From Hyaloraphidium curvatum SAG 235-1 (lineage: Eukaryota; Fungi; Monoblepharomycota), in NCBI GenBank assembly GCA_025558095.1, contig JAIVFI010000010.1:124001-188000 (forward strand): a stretch of DNA of 64,000 nt. The letters run 5' to 3'. Under the pieces are notes generated by a model that saw only the letters and a list, made by a program, of their open reading frames with translations, searched no databases and had not been told where the DNA came from. Position numbers and translations under genes: made by a program. Numbering within the stretch: the first letter of the stretch is position 1; each line of letters opens with the position of its first letter. This document shows positions 52,255 through 64,000 of this stretch, piece after piece.

Positions 52255-54592
52255 ATGCCGCGCGACGACGACGTGCACGCCGGCGCGCGTGTCGCGGCGC
52301 ACCGCATTCTCGAGGAATGCGGGCTGTTCCGGGGACGCGGCGCGCCGACCAGGGAGGACGTGAAACGCGTCGTGGAGTCGGTGAAGTTGGAGGGGGGCGA
52401 TCGGCCGACCATTCCATCGCCATGGCGAGTCGGGTGAGCTAGCCATTGTCCATCTTGCCGAAGAGCTGGTCTTGAGCGCTCTCGGGTCGCAGAGAAGCCA
52501 TCGCAGGCGCAAACATCGCGTTGGCGACGATTGTCGCTCTGCTCGAGGGTTCGCGTGGCAGGGAGTGCAATGGCACCATCGATGTGGATCAAGCCGCTTG
52601 GATCGCGTGGTCGCTATACTCTTGTCGCTGGGAGATCGAAGGCGGCGGACTCTGGACCGAGAACGTGGCCTTGGTGCGATAGCGACCCGACGGCCCGCAC
52701 CAGGCGGCCCTGACAGACCCTCCTCTAGCATAACCAACGGCTTGCGGCCAAGTTGGCGGCACAGAAGCCGGCATCTGCGCAACCAACACCGATCCCGACG
52801 GAGGAGCTCGTGGATCCGCCGCCGGGCACTCCGGATATGAGCCCGATCTTCGCGCCCCTTCGCATTTTCCTTTCGGAATGTTTTCGGACCAAGGACAGGC
52901 ACATCATGCTCTTTCCTCGCGTGACAGATCACCCCGGACCGTACCTTGCCGCGGTTGGGTTCTCGCCGGAGGAAGTCGCCCATTTGCTTCGCCTAGGCAT
53001 CGTCAACCCTGTGACCCACCCCAAGACGTACCTGAAGCACCACGACGAGCTCGTGAGGCTGCTACGCGAGGGCATCGAGAAGCGGATGGCGTTCGAGATT
53101 GAGACCCGCGTCGCTGCGATTCCCGCGATCGCTATTGTTCCGAGGACGCGCGAAGAGTTCGAGGCGACGGAGCAGGGCTTGGTGCTGTCCAAGCTACCGA
53201 GAACCGCCGTGGAACGCGTTCATGGGATTCGGGGACCCAGGAGCGTTGCGGAGTGGCAGGACGTGTTGCACGGTCGGGCGCAAGACGACGCGGAAGGCTT
53301 GTGGCCAGAGATCGGCTGGAAGTTTGGATCCGTTCCCAGGCCCATGCCATCCCGCGGCGTGCTCTACGGTATCAAGGTTCTGGACCTGACCCGGATCGTT
53401 GCGGGACCCATGCTCTCTCTGCAGCTGGCTCAGCTCGGTGCGGATGTGATGCGGATTTCGTCGGCGGACGTCTTCGACTACCCATCGTTCGTCTTGCCTG
53501 TGCGCGTGCTCTTTCTCAGTAGCTGACTCGATCGGTGACAGTTACGACTTTGTCATCAACCTCAACAAGCGGACCGTCGAAATGAACTTGAAGCTGGAGG
53601 CAGACAAAGCCAAGCTTCGGTCACTGATCCTCGAGGCCGACGTGATCATCAACAACATGCTTTTGGGGGCGCTGGAGAAGCTCGGATTCGGTCTACAGGA
53701 CGTGCTGAAGCTGATCAAAGACCGGCCGCGCGGCATTGTTTATGCCGAGACCAACACCTACGGATTCTACGGTCCGCTGGCGCCTCTGCCTGGGATTGAG
53801 CTCCTGGGCCAGCACTACACGGGGATGACGTACGAACAGGGTCGCTTTCAGCCCTTCACCGACGGTTCCTCGATGCCTGCCATCACCCCGCCTCTGGCGT
53901 GCGACGTCACAACGGGACTCAACACCGCCGTTGGCGTCCTTGTCGCCTTGCACCGCCGGGCCAAGACGGGCGGGAGCTACCTCGTCCGCGGATCGCTGGC
54001 GCAGACGGGTCTTTACATCCAGGACCTGGGAATGTACAAGGACGAGGACATGGTGCGGAAGCTTTGGGATGGCTTGCCCAAGCACTCGGTCGGGATGGTC
54101 GCGGATCCCACCACCGTGGAGGCAAACGGCGCAACCGAGTACCACTTGCGGTTCCCGAGGTTCTTGATTCAGAGAGGTGACCGTGGCGGGCAATGGGACA
54201 GCGGGTTTTGGTACCGGATGCTCGACTACCCGATTGGTGAGTTTGAGTGTGCGCGGAATCCGATACCCATCTGACCGATTCTGCTTGCAGGCGGCTCGAT
54301 CGTATCGTTCTTGCCCACCATCCGCCTCTCTCTGCACGATCCGGGGCTGCGGCACATCCGCTTCTTCTCGAGGCAGCTGCGGCACGACTCGCACGTCGGC
54401 TTCCTGTTCGATCCCGAAGACCCCGAAAGCAGCGACGAGGGCGTCCGCGACATGGTGCTCGTGGCAACAGCCGAACGCACTTACCGATGCAGACCCGAGA
54501 ACGAGTTGAGGGTGCTGATCGACGCGTTCTTGGCGGCCAAGAGGGCCGCTCGCACCGGGGAGCCGGTTCAGATGCCGGATCCCAGGTTGTAG
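52255..54592 (+). CDS. CoA-transferase family III (CaiB/BaiF), copy 2
   Basis: Diverged inverted paralog of 38782-41125 with matching intron positions. Ends PRL. Confidence 0.88.
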
Positions 54593-54670
54593 GCCCTCAG
54601 TGCGCACGGTTGGGCTGCGTACACGGTAGTTGTAGATGATGAAGCTTGTTGGAAGAAGCATAGATCAACG

Positions 54671-55624
54671 ATGCGCGTACGATCAGCAGATTCGGGGGAG
54701 TCGATGGCATCCGCGGCGGGGACCAGCGCAGTGGCGGCGGAACCACGCACAATCTCCGTCTTCATGGACCTTCAACTCGAGGAGCTCCCGACGGAGCTGC
54801 TCGAAAAGATTGTGACATACATCGGCCTCGTTTCCCTGGTCCGATTCTCGCGGTGCTCGCGCCGGTGCCGGGAAGCAAGCTTCGAAGGCGACCCGGCCGC
54901 GTTCCGCCGAATCGATCTCTACGAGGCCCAGCTCGCCGACCGGGGCGTGAAGCTTTCCAAGTTCGACGACGCTGCGTTCGCCGCGCTCGTCAAGTACCCG
55001 GCCGTGCGGGCCGGACTGCGCTTTCTGCGCCTGGACTACTCCCGCGTGACCTCGACATCGTTCCTCGCGGCCCTAGCCTGCCCCAACATCGTCCAAATCT
55101 CCGTCAACTCTTGTGATGGCGTCGAGTTTGCCCCGCGCTACATCGGCTCGCTGATACGGAGGCTCCGGTTCCGGGAGGGCTGGGAAGGCGAGGGCAACGA
55201 CAACATCATGCCGAACGAGCGGTTGCCCCCGACCTTAAGGAGGATTGGAGTCTGGGGGACGACGCTGCACCTGCCGAGCGGACAGAAGAGGGCTTTTGAA
55301 CTCATGCACCGGACTATTGTGGATCAGATGCTCGTCGCGGGGTGAGCATGACCCACAGCTTGCCTCAGTCTCGGTACTGACGCGTCCCGGCCTTCCAGAT
55401 TGGACCTGACGACGCTGCTCTGGGCGCCCGGCTGCCTTGAGATTCCGTACTGCACCAGCTGCCGGCACGAAGAGTCTGTCGCGGAACTCAACGCGCTCTT
55501 CAACCTTTGTTCTATGTGCCGGCGCTACCGACACCTCTGTTTCCTCTGCAATCGGAAGAGCTGCATGGACTGCGTACGAGCTGCGGCCGATGCGGTCGAG
55601 GTGGAGGCCGTCGTCGAGCTCTGA
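54671..55624 (+). CDS. F-box protein with LRR-like segment and Cys-rich C-terminus, 1 intron
   Basis: LEELPTELLEKIVTYI...SRCSRRCR, plus C-terminal CxxC clusters. Confidence 0.7.
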
Positions 55625-55818
55625 TTCTTGGCCCACCGTCGGCATTTGGTATCGCTCAACCTGCAACTTCAATTGTAGTGTTATTTTTGATTCTGATCTC
55701 GATGTTTTGCTCTTATTGCTTCAAGCTGCCGAGGATCGATCACTGCGGGAGACAGGAAGCAGTGCATAGACCGCCGCGCAGTGTTTCCGCACTCCATTAG
55801 CAAACACACAACGAAACG

Positions 55819-57642
55819 ATGCAGGCCGGAGAGGTCCTCTGGCACAGTGGCGAGATCGAGGTCCAGCGGCAGCTCATCGGCGATGCCTGGGATGTGCCCT
55901 CCGCGCACGACAACCCGACGTCTTTCGGGTTTCCCCCGCCGTATGCCCCCCGGATCACGCGGAGCCCGCTGATCGCCCTCGGGACGGTCGACGCTGCCGG
56001 GCACGTATGGACGACGCTGTTGGGCGGGCGCGCCGGATCCGCGCGGCCGCTGGCGCCGGGCGTGCTGGGCGTCGCGTCGAACGCCAGTGCCGAAGACCCG
56101 TTCGTGGGCGTGCTCCTTGACAAGGCGGCCCCTCCTGCGGACGATGGGGAAGAGACGCGCGTCGTGCGGAACGCCGGGCCCGTTGCCGGCCTCACGATTG
56201 ACCCGGAGACGCGCGACCGGGTCAAGATCGCGGGGTCTCTGCTGGTGGCAGCCTTTGCGCCTCCGTCGTCAATCGAGCTTGCTGTGCGGGTTACCGAGAC
56301 GCTGGGTAACTGCCCAAAGTACATCAACCGCAAGCGCATCGTGGCCCGCGAACCCCAGCCGGAGCTGGTTTCCTCCTCGCTGCCCCTTCCAGAAGCGGCT
56401 ATCGATCTCCTTGCCCGCGCCGACACCTTCTTCATGACCAGCACCGACTCGCGCGACAGCATCGACACCAACCACCGCGGCGGCCCGCCGGGCTTTGTCC
56501 GCGTCGCCAGGAACGACGCGGCGGGATGCACCCTCGTCTACCCCGAGTACTCGGGCAACAGGCTGTATCAGAGCCTGGGCAACATCCGCATCAACCCCAA
56601 CGTCGGCATCGTGTTCCCCGACTTTGCCACGGGGGACGCCCTCTTTGTCTCGGGCACGGCCGAGATCCTCGCGGGCGGCCCGGCCCTCGCGTTGCTCCCG
56701 CGCGCCAAGCTCGCCCTACGCATCGAGGTCACCGCGGCCAGGTTCATTCGTTCGTGCCTCCCCTTTACAGGGGAAGCCCTGGACCCGTCGCCTTACAACC
56801 CGCCCGTGCGACGCCTCGCAAGCGAGCTCCCCGACGGACTGGATGCGGCGGCTGCCTCGGGGAGCCCGTCGTTGGCCAACGCGGCGCTGGTGTTGCGCGA
56901 AGAGCTTTCGCCTGGGGTCGCCAGGCTCACTTTTGCCCTCACCGCTCCGCCCGGCGCCGCGAAGCCGAGCTGGACGCCCGGTGACCACGCGACCTTTGAC
57001 TTTGGCCCCGAGCTGGACCGTGGATACAGCCACATGCGCGATTGGGATCCGCAGAGCCTGAACGACGACTTTGTCCGGACCTTTACGGTCTCGGGCGGGG
57101 ACCCCGGCTCGGGCACGTTGGTGGTCACGGCGCGGCGCAAGGGCCCGGCTACCTCGCTGCTCTTTAGCGCCGGGACGTCGGGCGGCCTGTCTCTTCCGAT
57201 CGTCGGCTTCGCGGGGTCGGAGCGGTTCCGCATGGCGGAGCTGGGAAGCGGGGCCCGCGCCGTCTTTGTCGCCGGCGGCGTCGGAATCACACCGCTTCTC
57301 GCGCAGGCGCCCGGCCTGCTGGCCGCCGGCAGGGACTTTCGCCTCGTCTGGGGACTGGCGGCAGAAGATCTTGGTCTGGCGAGGGACAGCTTCGACAAGA
57401 TCCCCGGTCTCGCTGCGAGGAGCGCCCTCTTTGTCTCCCGCGTCGGGGACGGCGAGCATGGATCGGTGGTGACCGCGATCGAGGGCGCAGGGGCTGCCGT
57501 GCACCGTCGGAGGATGGGGAAGGAGGACCTGGTCGGGGAGGCGGACGAGGCGTTCTTTGTCTGCGCCGGGCCCGCGATGACCAAGGCCGTGACCGAGTGG
57601 CTGGCGGACAGGGACGTCAGGACCGAGTCGTTTGCCTACTAG
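55819..57642 (+). CDS. PNPOx-like FMN-binding / FNR-type oxidoreductase, copy 2
   Basis: Inverted copy of 35495-37312. The N-terminal ~160 aa are diverged and the rest is near-identical. Confidence 0.88.
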   Translation: MQAGEVLWHSGEIEVQRQLIGDAWDVPSAHDNPTSFGFPPPYAPRITRSPLIALGTVDAAGHVWTTLLGGRAGSARPLAPGVLGVASNASAEDPFVGVLLDKAAPPADDGEETRVVRNAGPVAGLTIDPETRDRVKIAGSLLVAAFAPPSSIELAVRVTETLGNCPKYINRKRIVAREPQPELVSSSLPLPEAAIDLLARADTFFMTSTDSRDSIDTNHRGGPPGFVRVARNDAAGCTLVYPEYSGNRLYQSLGNIRINPNVGIVFPDFATGDALFVSGTAEILAGGPALALLPRAKLALRIEVTAARFIRSCLPFTGEALDPSPYNPPVRRLASELPDGLDAAAASGSPSLANAALVLREELSPGVARLTFALTAPPGAAKPSWTPGDHATFDFGPELDRGYSHMRDWDPQSLNDDFVRTFTVSGGDPGSGTLVVTARRKGPATSLLFSAGTSGGLSLPIVGFAGSERFRMAELGSGARAVFVAGGVGITPLLAQAPGLLAAGRDFRLVWGLAAEDLGLARDSFDKIPGLAARSALFVSRVGDGEHGSVVTAIEGAGAAVHRRRMGKEDLVGEADEAFFVCAGPAMTKAVTEWLADRDVRTESFAY

Positions 57643-57819
57643 AGCTCTTGATCTCGGGCGGAAGCTCGTGCACACTCAGATTCATCTGCTGCAAGCTGAT
57701 CGATACGCAGCGGGTCCATAGGCGCCGACTGGGCACGACCACCACTGGTCAACAGCTGCCTCCTGCAGTCCACCAGCAGGTTAGGTTAGGTACGGACGAG
57801 CAGGACGCGGGTTAGGTTA

Positions 57820-58583
<764 letters not shown>

Positions 58584-58611
58584 GTTTGCTGGTGCTAGAC
58601 GGGGGGTGTAG

Positions 58612-59386
<775 letters not shown>

Positions 59387-59422
59387 GCTGCCTGCTCCCC
59401 CCGCGCCCGCGCAGCGCTTTCC

Positions 59423-59438
59423 GGCGTCTCTAAACGCC
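59423..59438 (+). promoter_or_regulatory. Histone stem-loop-like hairpin (H3 copy 2)
   Basis: GGCGTCTCTAAACGCC. Confidence 0.7.
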
Positions 59439-60312
59439 ACATTCCATGTAGTTGATGTGAATCTGATGCATTTTTCCCTATCTTCTCGGTCGCCTGCCGT
59501 CGCGGTCCTTGACCTGGTCAAGCTCCTCCGGACTCCTCGCTGGGCCGCTGGTCCGCGCCCCGCCCCCTTCCCGCCTACGCGATGACCCTGGGCCGCCTCC
59601 GGTTACAGCACGAACTACTCCTTAACCCGCTGTCCTAATCGCCGAGGCCGGTGCTGACCGCTGCGCCGAGTCGGTCAATCCCTGGAGAGCGCGGTCCCCG
59701 GACCCCTTCCTCGGCCGTCCGCGTCGAGCCATGGAGCCCCTCCGACCACCAGGCATCATGAGTCTTGGGCATCTGATTAGCATCCTATGATTTGCCATCG
59801 GATCTTGGCCGTCTGCCGAGCTGCGGTCCGTCGACTTTGGAGGCGTCGTAGCTGGCCGAAATTTTCCGCCCTCCGCTCATCCGATTCCACATCGCCCTGC
59901 TGTCCCCCGCCTCATCGGCGCGCGGCGCCCACCATTGGCGCGCGGCACCTCGTGCTATGCTCCCCGCGCTACCGCATTCCGGTCTCCGTTGCGCCCCGCG
60001 GCGCCCGGATGACCCCGCGCGGCCGCCGACAACGCCGGACATGTCTCCACCGCGGCACCCCCTTTCCCGCCCTCGGCGCCCGCGCGGTCGCCGTGCCTCG
60101 ATGCCGGCCACGCGGCGCTGTTCTGCCACGTGTCTAGGGCGCCCCGGTTGGCGCTATTCGCGTCTGGTCCACGGCCCGCCGGGGTATCGGGTTCCGGCCA
60201 GGTTCACGGGGTTCTGGGGCCGGTTCGCGGGGTTCTGGGACCGGTTCACGAGTGCTGCGGCGGTCCATGGCCACTGACTATGGTCTACGGGCGACTCGGT
60301 TCGGTCTACGGT

Positions 60313-60402
60313 GCGAGGAGTCTCCGCGGCGAGCGCTCGTAAGCTGCTCCCCGGCTAGGCTCCCCGGCGCCCCGCGCGCGTCTCCCGGCGTATCTAAACG
60401 CC
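60313..60402 (+). pseudogene. Orphan H3 3' end (ARSLRGERS*) with 3'-UTR and hairpin; mirrored at 32734-32823
   Basis: GCG AGG AGT CTC CGC GGC GAG CGC TCG TAA, then a UTR resembling the H3 UTR, then GGCGTATCTAAACGCC at 60387-60402. Confidence 0.7.
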
Positions 60403-60761
60403 ACACCCTTCGATGTCATGTACGCCTTTGGCTGAATTGATTGCCTCTTTCTCGTACTTGTGTTGGTGGGCTCGCTGTTCCCGTCCACTCGTCCTAGCTG
60501 TGTTCCCCGGACCGGTCATGTGTCTTGACCCCGGCAGGCCCGGTAACGTAGCCTGGATGGCGGTGATTGGCATGGATGAGGACGCTGCCCGTCGGGTGGT
60601 TGGAAGGAGCCTTGACGACCTGAGCGCGATGGACACGGACAGCACTGGCCCCAAACTACCCCATCCAGCAAACCTAACTTAGATCTAGCACAATAATCAG
60701 AAGCCAATCCGCCGTCCTGCGCCGCACAAGGTCGGCCTAACCTCCTACAACCACTCCACGC

Positions 60762-61794
60762 CTACCACTCCCTGCACACGCTCTGATGCATCGACACCTG
60801 CACCTGCACCAGCCTCCTCTCCCCCGCCCCGCCGTCCCCCGCGAACAGATCCGCGCCGTGCCATGCCGTCGGCAGCGCAGATAGGTGCGAGATGGCCTGG
60901 TTGGACCTCGGGTGATACGTGCGCGCGGGGCGGAAGGTCTTGGAGCCGTTGGGGAGCTGGCCCGTGGGCACGAGGGCGCGGAAGGCGCCGCCCGAGGCGG
61001 GCGAGGTGTCGGAGAAGTAGATGAGGATGGAAAAGAGGCGATGGGGCCTGGCGATGCGGTGATGCGGGGGAAGGGAGGCGTGAGCGACAGGGGGTGGGGG
61101 CCTTCCGCCCCACGCGGCGATCCGCAGACGTGCCGCCGCCTCCGTGTGCCTACCAATCGAGGTGAGCGGGGAGCCAGTACACGCCCGCCTTGCCGTGGAA
61201 AAAGTCCATGCGCGAGTAGAGCCGGGCGGGGTCGTGGTGCGGCGGCGGGTCAATGCGGCCGCTCCTCACGCCGTACAGGAAATCCAGCTTCCTGGGCGTC
61301 TTTTTCGGGTCCTCGAGGTAGCTCTGGTAGCGCGGCTTGTCGGGCACGGTGCAGTTTGCCTCGCCGCGCCACGCCTCGAGGTGCGGCGCGTACGCGCGGA
61401 ACCCCCAGTCCACGGCGGCCTGCGAGGCGACCCAGTCGTGCAGCCGCTTCCACGCCGGAGACGAGTCGATCACTTTCAGGTACCCGGGAGAGCCGAATAT
61501 GATTGATTTCTGGCCGATGTTTTGGCCGTCGGCGGCCACGGCGGCGGGGATGTCGGGGAAGCCGGCGGCCAGCTGGGAATAGAAATCGGGGTCGAAGATC
61601 CGGTCCATAAAAATGTGCGGAAACGGGTCGGCGTCCAGCTCGTGCGGCAGCCGGTCGCGGAGGACGGGCGGCGCGGGCGGGGTCGGCGCAAGGAAACCGG
61701 CATCGTCGCTCCGCGGCGCGTCATTCCGCCATCCGAGAAGGACGAGCGACGCGCCAACCAGCGGCCAGAAGATGGTGCCGGCGGCGCGGAGCAT
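60762..61794 (-). CDS. 2OG-Fe(II) oxygenase superfamily protein with N-terminal signal/anchor, 1 intron
   Basis: DPFPHIF, HLD, SILIYF, GG, WHG and RRLVQ give the HxD...H...R pattern. Confidence 0.8.
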
Positions 61795-62280
61795 CGGATG
61801 GGGAAAAGGCGGCAACTAGTGTGGCCGGCGGCCAATGCGGGCGGCCTGATTATGTGCGGCCGCATCCGCGGATCGGCGTCGGCCAAGACCCTTGCGGATG
61901 CCGTGTCCGTCCGCCATGTTGAACACGCAAGGAAAGGAAGCTTCAGCTTTGATATCAGACGTGGCACTGCCGAGGGTGCTCCGTCCGCATGAACCAACGA
62001 ACGAGAGCTCGGGGTAGTGAAGGTGGCACGTGTCATTCGACGACCGCCTCGAACAAGTTGAATCACACCGGATCTAGCTCATTCATCACATTATCGATCC
62101 AGTAGTGGGGAATCAGCCCTTCTTTCTGGTGTTCTGGTCTGCCCGTCCTCCGACGGCATAGGGGGTCTGATCGTCCCGGTTTCACCTCCAACTCCGAGCT
62201 CCGCTCCACTGGCCAGCCCGGCGGCCTCCCCCAAAAATGACCATGGGGACGCGCCTATCGACGCGCCGTCCCCTTTGGGC

Positions 62281-63416
62281 ATGAAGGCCGGCTCGGCGTC
62301 GTACCAGCGCGGCGGCCCGCCCGCGCGGCAGCTGCAGCCGCCGACGGCGCGCAGCCCGCGCGGCCGCGACAGCGCCGACTCGCGCGACGGCACCGCCGAG
62401 GCGTCGGAGGACGGCGACGGCTCGCCGCCGGGTCGCAGCCCGTCGCCCGGCATGGCCCGCGACGAGTCGTTCGTCGGCATCCCGCGGCACCTGCCCTCCG
62501 CGAGGCACTCGATCACGCGGCGCGAGATATGGAAGGGGTTGGCAAACAGGATCCTGTACTCGCGGGCCTATGCCACGCTCTACGTGGTCATGGCGCTGCT
62601 GTCGGTCGCCACCATCTACCTCGTGGGTTGCCCGGAACCGTGGACCTGTTGTCTGGATTTCATATCGGGTTGACGACACCACTTCCTTCCTCGTGATTTC
62701 CTTCCTTGTGAATGCTTGGATCTTGAAGGCCTCGACCGAGAAATGGTAGGCCTTTGTTCTGGCAGACCTGCATGTGTGGAGTGTCGACGTTTCGCCCCCT
62801 TCCGCCCATCACACGCAGCCCCAGCATCACCTTTGTCACGTTCGAGGTGCTCATAAACCTCTCCATGATCTTCGAGATCGCGATACGGATGACGGCCCTC
62901 GGACGGGTCGGTAGACCTTGCGTTGGCGCAACGGCTCCGACCTGACATGTCCCCCGGCCCGCCAGCTGTTCTGGAAATCCATATGGAACGTCTTTGACCT
63001 CGCCGTGCTCGTGTTCTGCGTCGTCACGCTGGCCGTCATGACGGCCACGCGGCCGCTGGCCCACCAGACGGACTGCAACCCGGACTCGTGGTCCGAGAAG
63101 GAGGAGGTGCTGGACCTGTTCATGATCATCGTGCGCAACGTCGCGCAGGGCGTGCGGATGCTGTTCATGCTGCGGAAGTGGGTCGTCGTGCGGGTGCCAA
63201 GGCCGGCCCGACCTGAAACTGACGCCTTCCCCCTGCCCGGTTGCCAGAAACCGACAAAACATCTTCTCGCGCCCGCAGAACGTCGACCTCTCGGCGACGC
63301 AGGGCCTGCTCGCGGGCCACATGCCCGCGATCGACGTGGTGCCCTCGAGCCTGCCCTCGAACGGGTACGGCCGGACCGTGGTGTTCGAGGACGACGAGGA
63401 CGACTTTGACATGTAG
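62281..63416 (+). CDS. Ion-transport (S1-S4-like) membrane protein, copy 2
   Basis: Exons are nearly identical to copy 1; introns are partly diverged. Confidence 0.75.
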
Positions 63417-63552
63417 CCGGCCGCGCTGGGTAGGCGCGGGGCTACGTGCCGGGACGCGGGAGTTGGGAAGACTCTGGGCATGGCACTGAGGAGCACACGG
63501 CACGCATATGCTATCATTCGGCTAGAAAGGTCACGGTCTTGTACAGCGAAAC

Positions 63553-64000
63553 TCATGCCGCTGGAGACGGCGACTGCGAATGCCTCCTCTTCGCCACTTC
63601 CGCGACCATCTCCTTCGCTGCTGCCGGCACGCGGTCAAACATCGATGCGCGCCGCTGCCCCTCGGCCCCTTCGGCCGGCCTCGAAGGCGGGGTGCCGGGG
63701 CCGGAGAACCATTCGGTGATCCTGAGCACGATCGGGCCGGGGTCCGAGAGCCTCCGCTCCTTCTGCTTCTGTTCCACCCGCAGATGCTGTCTTCCGTCTT
63801 GCGGCTTGGTCTCGGTTGCGTCCGGTTCGCTGCCGGCGTCGGCGGGCGATCGCGCACGGGAAGCGCTTCCCTGGGAGGTGCTCGCCCGGTCCGGCGGCGT
63901 CACCCGGCCGTCCCTGCTGCCGCGCGTCGGCGAAGGAGACCTCGACTCGATCGAGACGCGGCGGAGGGTGCCGTTCGAGGACTGCTGCAGCCAGAAGCGC
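63553..64000 (-). CDS. 3' end of a Ser/Arg-rich hypothetical protein (runs off window)
   Basis: Open frame from the window edge to the stop at 63553; low complexity. Confidence 0.45.
   Translation of the reverse strand, partial: RFWLQQSSNGTLRRVSIESRSPSPTRGSRDGRVTPPDRASTSQGSASRARSPADAGSEPDATETKPQDGRQHLRVEQKQKERRLSDPGPIVLRITEWFSGPGTPPSRPAEGAEGQRRASMFDRVPAAAKEMVAEVAKRRHSQSPSPAA

Overview
This is GC-rich, intron-containing eukaryotic DNA read with the standard code, most likely an early-diverging (chytrid/monoblepharid-like) fungus; the taxon is inferred from gene content and style. About 30 protein genes can be assembled by hand, including a carotenoid oxygenase, an M19 dipeptidase, an ankyrin-AAA+ Skd3/CLPB, MscL, SDRs, GSK3, a YABBY/HMG-like protein, eIF3b, a lectin-TM-SH3 receptor, F-box proteins and a 2OG-Fe(II) oxygenase. 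An intron-containing tRNA-Gln(UUG) is followed by a ~9 kb accessory island holding a 1.1 kb TIR element and a large GIY-YIG-like gene. The right half is a ~32 kb nested inverted duplication (about 31.0-41.1 kb mirrored at 52.3-63.4 kb) around an ~11 kb unique spacer, with arms of very different divergence. The near-identical core carries a divergent H3/H4 pair with three unusual features: a histone-mRNA stem-loop-like hairpin after every histone stop, an H3 intron with no usable canonical donor (TT-AG or GA-AG), and an orphan second H3 C-terminus with its own hairpin ~0.95 kb downstream.
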